Of a DNA stretch of 64,000 nt, positions 47,721 to 61,615 are shown in pieces; positions within the stretch are counted from its first letter, which is position 1; each line of letters begins with the position of its first letter. The notes under the pieces were generated by a model that was not told the DNA's origin, ran no database searches, and worked only from the letters and a program-made list of their open reading frames with translations. The DNA lies in contig NMRA01000088.1 in NCBI GenBank assembly GCA_002633005.1, positions 988,367-1,052,366 on the forward strand, in the 5' to 3' direction. Made by a program: the position numbers and the translations under genes. This stretch comes from Phoronis australis. Taxonomy: Eukaryota > Animalia > Phoronida.

Positions 47721-50700
47721 GCAGACCCGTCGTGCACTGCTGGAGGACACATGATGACTCGGTTAGACATGAACTAATCAACTGTCTACTCTGAGTTGAA
47801 TGAACTTTCTAAGTCGCGTTGCCATGGAATCATATTCATTTAAAGTTATGCATGGGCGTCCGTGTTTTGAGGATGTGCAAATATACGCCCAGATACAATG
47901 CTTTTGGTATGGCAAACTTGTTTTCTACAAGGTATAAAATTTGCAAACAGAACATCTCTGCCTGTTGATTGTAGAGATATTACGTTCATATTTTATGGCA
48001 ACTTGTTAAGGTTATCTCACGACTTATTTCGTGGCGACCTCCACTATAACTCGTTCATCAAAAAAACTAGGTATTGTCAAAAGGTAAAAGTGTATATTTT
48101 CTAAAAGAAAAAATATCAGAAAATAGAAAAATATGTTTTTTTATTCATGTGCCACTATTATTATTAAGTTAACATCTTTCTAAATTCAAAAGTTCATGTT
48201 TAAGAAAAGTTCACTCATAGCAAAATAACATTTTTCTAAGGAAGACTTCACCACCTGACTCAAAGAAGTTGTTAGGAATTCTCGATTAGTCTTTTCGTTC
48301 GATTTCTAAAGCAAGTCAACTCGCAAAGCGTATGGTATTTTTGTAAAATTAGAAGTCGTATTCGTCTTTGTTACATTACGCAAAAACTAGGCCTTTGTTA
48401 TCAAAACTGCTAAAGCGTTTTTGAGATTGACAAATAAATACACAAAACGCACCTCGATTGGCGTACATGAAGTAATATCCCACTCGACCTTATTCCGCGT
48501 ATCGACCTCGACCGAATTGTGTTTATCCCATACGCTTCGAATTCCTAAATTTCTTACATTTTGTCGGCAGATTTTTTAGATACTTGACCCTGACTGTTCA
48601 CATGGCGGATCACATCCTACATGTATGTACTTACGCGTTAGGTTGCAAGTTTTCTCTTGTAAAAGAAACAGTTTTAAAGGTAACGATTTTTGAACAGAGG
48701 TAACAAAGATGAAAACAACGGCAACTGTGCAGTGAACTTGTAATATCTCCTGGAAATAGTTAAAAAACAACAATAATTGATATTGCAATTTCCTAGGAAT
48801 CGGCGCCTGAGTTGCAGACGATATAGTATTCAGCAATTGAAAACTGATTCATAAGTTTTGTTCCAGATTTTACTTTTAGGGCCTGGTTGCATGTCGAGTG
48901 TTACTTACACTGCTGCAACTGTATTACTTTAAACTGTATTCGGAAAGTTTGATGATCGATCCGGCTGAAGACGTCGAGTCGACATTGGCCTACCTCTTGA
49001 ACTTTCCGTGTCAGAGGTCACTGTTGAAGTAGTGCGGGAGGTGAATACGGAAAACTTTATTACATGGCCGTATTTCCCTCGACAGATTCAACGCGTATGG
49101 GATAAATATCAAGTTTGAAATTTTTCAGCGAAATTCACGTAGCTGTTTTTGAGAACTCGCATTCCTAAAGTCAATTTGCTGAAGCCGAGAAAAAGCCGAT
49201 TAGTGGCGAGACACAAAAATCTCAAGGATTTCAGTTAATTATTCGGTAAAAATTGTTTTCGGTCAATGTAACCTATACATCCCTTAGCCGTGTTCATTAT
49301 TTCACGCGCAACTTACTATGCGTAATTAACTTAATGGTCACACAAACGTTTTATTAGCCGAGTCGATTCACAATGCATCGAATGCAACTAGGTCATGCGA
49401 GCGGAGTCAACATATTGATTGGCTCAAGCTGGTGCATTGTGGTTAACTTTAAAGTAGGTCAACATTTCACTATTATATCAACCAAGTGCCGGGCGATTGA
49501 TATGAAACCCAAGTACGAAATGAATGATTGAAATCCAGTCGGTGGTTGAAACCCGTCGCGAGCATGAAATCGAAACAACAAAATGTCAAATTACCTATCA
49601 AATTAAGGAATTTGGATGAGAATTTATCTCTTTTCACAACTTGCTGTGTTCGTGAACACAATGTCATAGAGGCGTGAGGCGACTCGTAACATTCGTTTTC
49701 AACGGTCTTATGCTTGCAGACACACAACTCCCGCAGTATCAAAACTAAGTTTTGTCTTCGTTTTCCCCGGCATCTTTATAACCTATGTACNAACAAACTG
49801 TATTTAGTAACAAGAAATGATCTTGTTACTACAATGGGAGACGTTAACAATATTGGAACACGACATGTGTAACAGTTAACTGAAAAAAATACAGGATGTC
49901 TGATACACGTTGTACCAGGTGTGTGCAGGCTGAGCATGTGGGCCCATTGCACTGATCGCCTGGAACAATTTTTTGCTTTATTAATATATAGTTAAAACTG
50001 AGCTGAGGGACTAGAAACCTGACTGAAGGGTCTAGCAGTGCCACCCAATGGGACTGAAACATACGACCTCGCCAGGCACCTATCACACAAGGCCACATTG
50101 CCTCCGCTAACAGTTAACTGAAGATAGTACGCGGAAATTCTGAACAAGGATTGTTGATGCACACCGTTAAGGCTCGTTTAATTCCCAGGAGCACTCAAAC
50201 TGGACGCCAGGGCATAACAAGACAAGCAGTGATCAAGAGAAACACCGAATAGCAGCAATTTGTCATCAAATAGGGTCATGGGTATTTAATCTTTCTATTC
50301 GAAACCCCTGACTCGAAATTGAACTCTAAATTATTTGCGGTGACATTTTTCGTTCATCTTCGTCACGGTTGCGAAATCAAGAAAGACGTTTTAGTATTCT
50401 GTGCGTTATTGTCTACTTGGATGACTATCTATCACAGCATTAATACTTTTAGTTCGAGTTTAAACTCGAAACTCAGAGTTTTTACTCGAGTGAGATGGTA
50501 GCCGGAATCTAGGGACCATTAAGTGCAAAACTGTATTGAGCCCTCATCCGTGCAAAAATCAGGGTAGTATATGTTTTGATCGCAGGAAAGTGGGTCAGTT
50601 TGAACAAAACATTGCTGTGCGACCAACGACCTCACTTGAAATGATTACTCCACGCACTCCAGTAATAGATCCCACCCCATTTAGTAAAAACTGGAGATTA

Positions 50701-51496
50701 CAAATCCACCTCTTAGCAAATTAAGGTTTTAACCTTTGCTTATAAGAGATGTTTACTAGGTGGAAATATTAACTGCTAGTGTGTACACAAACCGGATATC
50801 TTTGGATGGACGATAAACTGGTTTTGTAAAAAGGGGTCAACTGGGTACAGGTATAGCCTCGAGAACAGGGCTAGTAAACGCTACAAGCGATTTTTATATG
50901 AGGTTTTACGAGATTGTGATTGTAAACTTGCTCCTACCGAAGTTCTGTGTCAAATACTCAATGCTCTAACAAAGATCACTCAGGCTAACACTAGTGAGCA
51001 AACGAGTTCACCCTAAATTCATGAAGAACTCGCCTACCATACTGTAGCTGTGGCGATACAGACCCGTAGCCGGGGGGGGGGGGGGTTTCGAGGGTTCGAT
51101 CGACCCCCCGCGGAAAAGGTCCAGCCCCGGCCTATCCGTACCCGGTCAACATCGCCCGAACGGTGCTTGATGATGGGATCGTTCAGACGATTAGAGGAGG
51201 CTTTATGTTATTCATCGGCATTGAACGCGCGTGGTGGCTACAATATTGGGTACCAAGGGAGTCTAAAAGTATAGCTAGCTAGCCTAGCAGCGAGAGAGCT
51301 CCCAAAAAGTAGCGCCGTGTGAATGCCTTAAAATCGACCAAGAAACAAAATAGCAGAAAATAGGTTTGTTTTCTGCTATTTTGATAGTGGCAGAGTACAG
51401 TAAAGCGCAGACATTTTCAAATTTCCACTTTAGTTGTGGATTGGTAGATGACATGCGTGCGCGTACACTTATGTGCGTTTCAGTACACACCGATGA

Positions 51497-53763
51497 TAAT
51501 TAAGCTCACTATTGGCAGCACTCCGTCGTTGCTCAAAAATCAGACATTTAACTATATGGGCGGCGCATCAGAGGGGGTCGGGGTTTATAGCCCACACTTT
51601 TTTCATTGCCGCGCCTCCCACGAACTACCGTATTTTTTGCACTATGAAAACCCCGACGAGCATGTTCATATTATTAAGAAAAGTAAGTCCAATGGCGTAC
51701 AACCTCGCAGGCGTCACACGAGCAACAAACTTTATTTTTGAGCATTATTCTTATTTAAATTCTAATTTTACTTTTCTCCTCTGCGAATTGAGCTAAACTA
51801 GTTGAGAATTACTGCAATGTACCAGTGAACTGGAAATAACACTGAACAAGCGTTCCCGGGTGCTTTTTGCGATCTAATAACTGATTATACGTAATATACA
51901 TGTAGTCGACCACTATAGGTGACGAGATGATAGGGGATTGAGAGTTCTATCTCGCGCTCAATGTGTAACCAGTTCAGGTTACTTGTTGATTTCAATTTTA
52001 GGCAGACGCACGCGCTTTCCATAATGGTGAGTTAAACTTGTTGCAATCGTGTCTGTATTTTCAGAAGGATTCTGAGGTAACGGGCTGCAACTGTATTCAT
52101 GTACAGGCTCATAAAGGAGACTTTTATTTGTCAACTTAAAGCGTACCTTGAGCGGTAACACATTCAGATGTAGTTCCTACAGTATTTAAGGTTGTGGTAG
52201 GACCTTTGAAAAAGTTCCAAATCTGGTTAATTTTGAAAAGTGATACCTCAAAACAGCTAATTGAATTCGTAGGAAACTTCAGATATGCCTTATGCAATGT
52301 TTTACAAAACGCTATTAGGAATTTTTAAAATGTTCGACTTCTGCATGAAGGGTTATCAAAAATATGACTTATATGACTTTTATGATTTTTATAAAAAAAC
52401 AAGAGTTGAATACAACGGAAACGCAATGATAATCTAGAGAACTGTAACAGCGACTTAGATCCATCACCTTGAGCATTTATATCTATGTTATTGACACAGT
52501 TTATTTTATAATCTAAGCACCTTTCATTTTCTTTAGAAATAAGGTCACGTGATCCAATTAAATGCAGATTTATTCTAAATTCTAACNTGAATTAAAAAAC
52601 ACCAAAATAAAATTGCCCCCCTAAAGTACTCACAAAAACCATTTTCTAGAGGCCCTACAAAATTTGGCCCACCGACTAATTAAGCTCACTATTGGCAGCA
52701 CTCCGTCGTTGCTCAAAAATCAGACATTTAACTACATGGGCGGCGCACCATAGGGGGTCGGGGTTTATAGCCCCCACTTTTTTCATTGCCGCGCCTCCCA
52801 CGAACTACCGTATCTTTTGCACTATGAAAACCCCGACGAGCATGTTCATATTATTAAGAAAAGTAAGTCCAATGGCGCACAACCTCGCAGGCGTCACACG
52901 AGCAACAAACTTTATTTTTGAGCATTATTCTTATTTAAATTCTGATTTTACTTTTCTCCTCTGCGAATTGAGCTAAACTAGTTGAGAATTACTGCAATGT
53001 ACCAGTGAACTGGAAATAACACTGAACAAGCGTTCCCGGGTGCTTTTTGCGATCTAATAACTGATTATACGTAATATAGTCGACCACTATAGGTGACGAG
53101 ATGATAGGGGATTGAGAGTTCTCTCTCGCGCTCAATGTGTAACCAGTTCAGCTTACTTGTTGATTTCAATTTTAGGCAGACGCACGCGCTTTCCATAATG
53201 GTGAGTTAAACTTGTTGCAATCGTGTCTGTATTTTCAGAAGGATTCTGAGGTAACGGGCTGCAACTGTATTCATGTACAGGCTCATAAAAGGAGACTTTT
53301 ATTTGTCAACTTAAAGCGTACCTTGAGCGGTAACACATTCAGATGTAGTTCCTACAGTATTTAAGGTTGTGGTAGGACCTTTGAAAAAGTTCCAAATTTG
53401 GTTAATTTTGAAAAGTGATATCTCAAAACGGCTAATTGAATTCGTAGGAAACTTCAGATATGCCTTATGCAATGTTTTACAAAACGCTATTAGGAATTTT
53501 TAAAATGTTCGACTTCTGCATGAAGGGTTATCAAAAATATGACTTATATGACTTTTATGATTTTTATGAAAAAACAAGAGTTGAATACAACGGAAACGCA
53601 ATGATAATCTCTAGAGAACTGTAACAGCGACTTAGAGCCATCACCTTGAGCATTTATATCTATGTTATTGACACAGTTTATTTTACAATCTAAGCACCTT
53701 TCATTTTCTTTAGAAATAAGGTCACGTGATCCAATTAAATGCAGATTTATTCTAAATTCTAAC
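51497..53763. repeat. Near-identical ~1.09-kb duplication (51497-52587 / 52677-53763), likely a haplotype artefact
   Basis: Copy 1 ends exactly at the single N 52588; only a few SNPs and indels separate the copies. Confidence 0.88.
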
Positions 53764-54023
53764 ATCAAATTCTACCAGCTTCCTACTTTCAGAAAGAACA
53801 TACTTTTACTCGGTTAAAGTTTTGGCTAACTATACAGACTAATCAATAAGGCCCATCAAAACCTCGAAAGCATATCACATTGACCACACACAAGTCATGA
53901 ATTGCAAATTGTAATGAACTTTTAAACTTATTGTTGTCTTGCGTCTACGTCACTGCGAGAATCCTGAGTTAATTCTTACTGTGAAAATCCAACACCTGCA
54001 CATATTGGTTTTCATGCCAATTG

Positions 54024-54133
54024 ACCAATCGCAAGCTCCGCCCCCTTGCGTAATGTTGACTAACAAACAATAAGGTTTACTCGGCAACGGGTTGTTTGTC
54101 GGGTAAAATGGCGTCTTGGAAACGAAGGTGTGT
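54024..54133 (+). promoter_or_regulatory. Putative promoter plus short first exon (ATG 54108, donor AG|GTGTGT at 54128)
   Basis: CCAAT box (54025), GC box CCGCCC (54038), RFX-like half site GGCAAC (54083-54088), YY1-like AAAATGGCG at the ATG. Confidence 0.5.
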
Positions 54134-54219
54134 CACGAATGTTGAGTTCTAAATGGTTAGTTAAGCCGTCACTCAAAGTCCTGGCGATAGGTCAATTCAC
54201 TCTAGTATCCAGGAACATA

Positions 54220-54234
54220 TATACATTTACATAT

Positions 54235-54323
<89 letters not shown>

Positions 54324-54342
54324 CATACATACATACACATAT

Positions 54343-54380
<38 letters not shown>
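54220..54380. repeat. Inverted (CA)n ... (TG)n microsatellite pair
   Basis: Long CA run, short TA/CA spacer, then a TG run. Confidence 0.97.
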
Positions 54381-54389
<9 letters not shown>

Positions 54390-55559
54390 CATGTGCGTGA
54401 ATTACCCTCCTAAACATTTCCATTTAAGAAAGGTCACATTTTCATTATGGGAAATTTGCTACCAGCATCTATGTCTTATCATACCAAATAAGGAGACTGC
54501 TTTGCCTTTTGGGAGAAAAATCGATGAGGAGTTTACACATCGGTTTTCGGTATTTCAAACTAAACGAAAAATGCCTTGATAAGTACAGAAATTTAAAATT
54601 TGCACGGAACAAAGGGTAAAAATACCTGGTGCACAGTTTAACTTCAGTTTCTGGCGCAGAGAACCACTTTGAATTATGCAATTTAGTCTGTTTTTCGCGT
54701 TGTATGCCACTTCAGTAGTGCGAGCATCAATGAGATAACATTTCAATGTCAACTCCTGACCCCTTGTGTCCCTTGGTCATACAATATGCTGCGAGTAAAC
54801 AAGGCTAAAAATGTTAATGACAAGAGAAGTGTTTTGGTAAGCACAGAAAAAAGGTAGTTGTTTACCGAATTTCTCGGGTTTTGATATTTGGACGGTATGG
54901 AGTTATGTTCCATGACAACAAAGTAAAAGTAAAATGAGGTAGAAACAATGATAAAATACGGTAGGCAGAAAATAAGTAGATTTGATGCATTGATGGCCTT
55001 AAACGCATGTTACAGCACAGCTTGGCCATATAAAACTAGAAATCTTAATTCACACACTAACTAACTACCTAAGTTACGTTTACATCATTCAAATTGAAGT
55101 TAGGTAATGCAGAATTAACTAACACCTAGTTTTAAATCAAATAATAAGCATTCTTGTAATACACAGTGCCATGCTATAAAAATTTTCTTGAAAAACATCC
55201 CTTCGGTTTGCAACTGGTCGACAGCCGACTAGATGGATGACTTTGTGAAAATGATGCTGTAAGTAAAAACTGCAAGAGTTTTACAAAGACATGAGCACTG
55301 AAATGAGGGTCAAAACAGGACATTCAGTGGCATGTGACCAAAAAGGTGATGATATCTGATAAAAAGGCCCCAAAAGCTGAAAACATAAGAACATGGCTTG
55401 TGCATAATGGTAGACTAGTCAGTGTATTGCAGGCCTATAAAGGGCGCTGGTTAAAAAACGACTGGAACTGTCATGTCTTGTGAATCCCTGCAGTTACCAG
55501 ACGTACATAGTGCGTAGAAGTCTATGTAATGTACAAGATCAAATCTCCAGTATCTAATG

Positions 55560-55922
55560 CACGGGTGAGAAACAACATGACCGCCGGTCCTCTAAATCAC
55601 ACTGACTCACCCAAAACAGGACCTCCGGGGATCAAATGGGACCGTCGCACCAGAAAATGGGACTGATGCACCTAAAAACATGACCGCCCCACCACAAAAC
55701 AGGACTGAACATCATATGATGACCGCCGGACAATATGCGGTTTCAATCCCCGGCGGTCATCATATGATGTTCAGTCCCCGGCGGTCCTGTTTTGTGGTGG
55801 GGCGGTCATGTTTTTAGGTGCGTCAGTCCTGGCGCGACGATCCCATTTGATCCCCGGAGGTCCTGTTTTGGGTGAGGCGGTCCGATTTAAGAGGACCGCG
55901 GTCATGTTGTTTCTCACCCGTG
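55560..55922. mobile_element. Palindromic foldback MITE with CACGGGTGAG termini
   Basis: ~170-bp arms are nearly complementary throughout, with internal gaccgcc/ggcggtc subrepeats; flanks TG / TA. Confidence 0.85.
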
Positions 55923-57385
55923 TAGGGTCCAATCACAAACGATCAGAGATGCAGGCACAAAACAAGTATAGTGCAGTTATGTCCAGGCATAATAACGACT
56001 TGAAGTATGAAGAAGCAAGCAGATCAAATCAGCCACGGATCCAAGTCAGAGGTCATGCCACTAGGATAATTCACTGACAATCACCGAGTAGGCTATTGAA
56101 AGAACACAACTGATTTGTCAAAGCATGAAACACATTATGGGAAGATATTCACTCAACAGCACTAAAAGTTAAGAACCATAATATCCAGGGAGCCAAGATT
56201 TTAGGTCCAAGGACATAATAAGCTTTTATACTAGTTCACAACATAGAAAGCATAGATGTCAGAGTAATATTCACTCCTTGACCTTGGTCCTGGGTACGCC
56301 GGGGTTAGAGTGATAGACAGATAGCGTCATCTGTTCATCTGCATTGTTCCATGACAGTAAACATAGCACACAACGCACGGTATAGTACAGCAGTCTTCAT
56401 ACGTTAATAAACCGGAGCAATCTTATGATAACGCACAGCGGGAAACCAGTCACAAGTCCACCGACCATGTTTATTTTCTTCGGAGCACACGCCCGCTAAG
56501 TGTCGCTACGGTTCATGAAACGACCAATGCCTGGAAACAATGTTCGCTACTGCGGGTCGTCCAATGGGATTTCGGATTTCCCAATAACTAGTCTCTAGTC
56601 TCCTGCACAGACCCTCGAGGTTGATGTTATAGTAACGCGGCCTATAATTCCTCAGAGACAGCCAACTTACCCAACTTCTTNACAGAAGACTTGCTTAACT
56701 TGTAAATCTCTTGAGACTTCTCTCCGATATTTGTGATTCCCCGGGTTGTCCTTCTGGAATTCAGTGAATCAGTTCCTCGCTTTCTTTGGAACATGCAGCA
56801 GTCTTGGATCTCCCACTGCCACTTTTAAGCTCAACAGACCCTATATTGCGCGTTTTAGCAATGAGTCGAACGACTCCACCCATTTCCTGAGAACTGCCTT
56901 ACTATTCTTCTTCCCTCCACCCTTTCTACGTGTAACAGATATCATCCACCTGTACACGGGCTACACAATAGTACACTAGAGCCCGGGGTCTTATCTATTT
57001 GCTCTTCGAATTTCCTATACGAATTTTTATGAAATTTTGCACACAAATTTATTTCTGTTAGGGAGACGATGACGTCTTTTTGGACGGATTCGACGTAACC
57101 TGCGCCACCAAGTGGTCAGTTTTCTAACACTATCAAGTGCTCCTAAATATTTGCTGCGCAGTAAATGGGCACATTTCAACACTTTCATTGGTCGTCGTCT
57201 TTGGCGTGTCACGTGCATAAGAGTACACGCGAAGTGTTTTCTTAATTTCATCAAGTGGTTCGAGAGATGTGAATATTAATAATTTATGAAAACGGTGTTG
57301 TTAGCATCATCCCGTGATTCTAACAACAACGGATATTTATTTTCGTCTGTTGTTGTCTAAATTGTTTTTATTATTTCATTTACAG

Positions 57386-58515
57386 ACGAGATACGTACAG
57401 GACCTTACCGTCATCTGTTCCACCCCGAATCCATGGTAAACGCGAAAGAAGATGCCGCTAATAACTACGCCCGCGGTCATTATACTATCGGCAAGGAAGC
57501 TATAGACCCAATCTTAGACCGAATACGTAAACTGGCCGACCAGTGCACTGGACTCCAGGGATTCTTGCTCTTCCATTCTTTTGGCGGGGGTACCGGTTCT
57601 GGCTTCACCTCCCTTTTGATGGAGAGGCTCACCGTGGATTACGGGAAGAAGACACAGCTTGAGTTCGCTATTTATCCAGCTCCTCACGTCGCCACTGCTA
57701 TTGTTGAGCCGTACAACTCCATTCTGACAACCCATGCCACACTTGAACACTCCAATGTCGCCTTTTTGGTCGACAACGAGGCTATTTACGATATCTGCCG
57801 TCGTAACCTAGATATCGAACGACCATCTTACGCCAACCTCAACCGTTTGATTGCTTTGGTTGTCAGCTCCATCACCGCGTCACTGCGCTTTGAGGGTTCC
57901 CTAAATGTCGATTTGAGCGAGTTTCAGACCAACTTGGTGCCTTTTCCCCGTATTCACTTCCCTATGGCTACATATGCTCCGATCATCTCTGCTGAAAAGG
58001 CTTACCACGAACAAGTGACCGTTGCCGAGATCACCAACGCCTGCTTTGAGTCAGCTAATCAATTGGTGAAGTGCGACCCACGTAATGGCAAGTACATGTC
58101 CTGCTGTCTGCTTTACCGGGGTGATGTTGTTCCCAAGGATGTCAATGCTGCCATTGCTACTATTAAAACCAAGCGTACTATCCAGTTCGTCGACTGGTGC
58201 CCAACTGGATTTAAGGTTGGCATCAATTACCACACATTGACCGCAGTTCCAGGGGGTGACTTAGCTAAAGTCCAGCGCGCCCTGTGTGTCTTGAGCAATA
58301 CCACAGCTATCGCCGAGGCCTGGGCTCGTCTTGATCATAAGTTCGATCTTATGTACGCCAAGCGAGCCTTCGTCCACTGGTACATCCGTGAGGGGATGGA
58401 AGAGGGGGAATTCAGCGAAGCTCGTGAAGATATTGCCGCTCTCGAAAAGGATTACAAAGAGGTTGCTCGCAATACCAAGGGTTCGGAGGAGGAGGCGGAT
58501 GGCGACGAATACTAA
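57386..58515 (+). CDS. Alpha-tubulin, divergent; last exon only (codon 76 to stop), 5' exons not found
   Basis: Acceptor tttacag at the conserved phase-1 intron in D76; [43 protein letters not shown], acidic tail ending DEY. Confidence 0.92.
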
Positions 58516-61500
58516 ATGTTATCTTGATATCACTTTCTACGTCTCAAGAATGTTACTAATTCAGTTTTAAAAAGTTGGAAATCTATATCATACAAATAAT
58601 AGCCAGTTTGAGTTTGTGAAGCTAAGCCCTCGAAACGCTTTAAGACACCAATGAAGAATAAGGAATGATTCGTTAAAATTAACGAAATGGAAATTTGCCT
58701 GGAATAGAATGAATTACTGATAATTCAAAGTTTAAGTTTTAGAAGACAAAATTAACTAGTAAACAGGAATAAATTAAAACAGATTTAAAAAGGCACAACT
58801 GATTTTGAGGGGACGTTATCAAGGAAAAAGTTGTTTTTTGAAATCATTTTCAGACGGAATCGCAGAACTTGCCCTGCTGTTGGAGCTGAAAAACACGTTA
58901 TGGGGGAGAAGGTTGTTTTTTGAGACCATTTTCAACGCCGAATTGCGTAACTTGCCCTGCTGTGGGAGTTGAAAACCATTCGATAAATGGCAAAGTATTT
59001 TAAAAACATTGCACTGGTTAAGTCACTGGCCTTGATTTCAGCGAATGTCTGGTAGACAACGGCGAAAATTGGCGATTTGTAAGAAAAACACAACATCAAC
59101 GGATTTGGTTGCTTTATAGTTCTGGTCAAAGATAACAACTTCAAGAGTATGTACAGTCCATCAATAATCCTCGAAATTATTGTTTTGGAGGAGAAACCGC
59201 TAATTCATTTGAAAATTTCCAAACACCAGGTGGTACTTTTTACCAAATTTTTGTGATTAGTTTTGATCATGGCCTGAAAAAGATCACTTCGTTGATATTT
59301 GAAATCAAGACTACAGAAACGGTAGGCGCAGTTTGATATAGTTGATCAGCCTGTTTTTATTCTCTTATTAAAACTGCACGTCTTTACATATTTCGGAATC
59401 AAGTTTACGATCACTTTTGTGGATTTTGCTAGAACATAATTCAAGGAATGTCTTTTAGTTTATCAAATTTTGATTTTTATTCGTTTGGGATTGGATGTTT
59501 TCTTGGACAGGTACTTGAACATTAGTTGTAATGAAATTGTTTCAAAAATTTCATTAGAATTTCGGAGTATTTACCATTACCATTTCTAGGTAAAATCAAA
59601 CTGATTCCCCGTAAATTATGGATACTTGTTATGTAATAATCCAAAGAATTGTTAAATTCGTGGTTAATAACAAATTGGTGGGACTGAATTTAGTCGTGGT
59701 TAGCCAGCAGCATGTCTCGAACATCAGAAATTCTGTAAAAGGTACTAATTTGTCTGATCCTCTGCTTTTTAAAGGTTGAATGTTGTCATTTTCATGTTCG
59801 AATTATGTATGGAATATCGTCTGGTATGTGGTATAATAGATTATTACCATGTTGTCGACCGTTATTGTTTTAACAATGAAATTTCTAACGCTTCTGTTTT
59901 GTCACACATTTAGCAATAGACCCGTCCTGTATCAAACTCTCCTCCGTACGGGAGGTAGAAATGTCATTGCATGGCTGACCTGATTTTTAAATGTGGGTCA
60001 CTCCTGAGTTCAATAACTTGGGGGAACAATACAATTCGCACCCAGTCAGGATAATTGCCATTTTAGGTGCCACTTTCTTGATGTCAACATGGCTACTTAA
60101 ATGCACCACTAGACACAGGAAACCTGGATTATGAGAACCAGTTCCTTCCATTGAATAATAGGCATCAAAGTGGTTCTCAAAGTTAGGGTGTTTTTGTAGT
60201 GCATTAGTCAGTTGTTCGCTTTTAATATGATTTGAGTCATAACTGTCGGCTAATATTGAAGTGCATTTATTGGGTAACTAAACAGGGCGCTTTCTAATCG
60301 AAATTTGATGATAATTTCCTACAAGTGAGTTTCGGATACAAGTTACGACCCATGCCAAATGACGTCGTATGGAGGTCGCAAAGTATTGTTCAATTTGCGA
60401 GATTCACGTACGCGACGGGCGTAAGCGTGTCCCATGGTTATCGCTTATGGGACACTTCCATTGTTTTCCTTTGTTGCATCTTTGTTGGACATAACAATAC
60501 AGGTCACAAGAATATCGTACCTGGTACACATCAGCCCGTTACGTATAAATGCTTGCCCCTATCTTTATTACAAGTAAGAAAAACAAAGTGAAAAATGGAT
60601 AATCATCTATTGATATATATGCGAGGAGCTCGCGACCTTATTTCCCGGGGGGTCAGATAATGTGAGCAAATTTATTTTATGAAACAGGATACAGAATGGA
60701 GCGCCAACGATGCGTTTTGCGCCTTGAATATGGTCTAGTCGTTAGTCAGTTTCAGGCGTCGACTTACACACAGTAAATGAAGCAGAGGGGTCATTGTGAG
60801 ACACAGGCTTCGTTAACAGGATTCAGTTGGAACATGTGTGTTATACTTCGTTCGCATGCTATTCGATCAGAAGGGACTTGGTATGAAACAGTAATGTCAG
60901 GTGTTCTGAAATCTAAAAAATATTTCTAATCCTGGTAAGACACAAGTGAGGTAAATTTCATTACCGTAAATGCCCAAAGTTAAAAGTTTGGTTTTTGACA
61001 CAATCCCTGTATTTATTACCCCTTTAATAGTGATGCTTTTGACAGTGCAGCAGAGTGGTTGAGCTGGAGAGACCTGGAGGTCGAATCCTATGTTTGCTTA
61101 TAGATAACGAGGAGAACACTAGCGAAAATTAAAATTTAATTGGTGACATCAGGCACGCAAGCAACGATCCAAATTGTAGACATTCTGGTCACGTGGGACC
61201 CTCTTTGTCCCACGAACGCCGATAATGAACTCCTGTCCTCAGCCTATTAATATGATAAAAGACTCGTTTTTCATTAGCCATCCCGGCCAACCCGCGATCG
61301 AGAACGCCCGGAAGGCGATCGAGAGCGAGACCTTGCACCAAAAAATGGCTGACGACAGTGACGTACCCGGTGAGTTTAAGTGTCATTTTCTGCTTAAATA
61401 GAGGCCACTTTGGTACAAATGCTACACACAGAAAAGCGTCAGAGTGTAACTTTTGTTGTGAATTTGAAATAATTAATAGTTGGCTTTTCCTTATTTTTTT

Positions 61501-61615
61501 AAAATAAAGAGTTCAGAAAGCAATGGCTTTCGGTAACATGCCTTGCGCCTCGTAAGATCGACAATTTTTACTTGTTATTAACAATTCCATGGTTCTTAAG
61601 AATTGACGTGTGACG

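Noticed and set aside
48965-48990. CTGAAGA followed by a small hairpin as another hammerhead
   Set aside because: No GAAA or cleavage triplet after the stem
51512-52976. Duplicated 94-aa ORF pair as a tandem gene family
   Set aside because: TTG starts, no motifs, overlaps MITE-like sequence and lies in a probable haplotype duplication
54130-54579. TH/CV-repeat ORFs
   Set aside because: Translations of the CA/TG microsatellite
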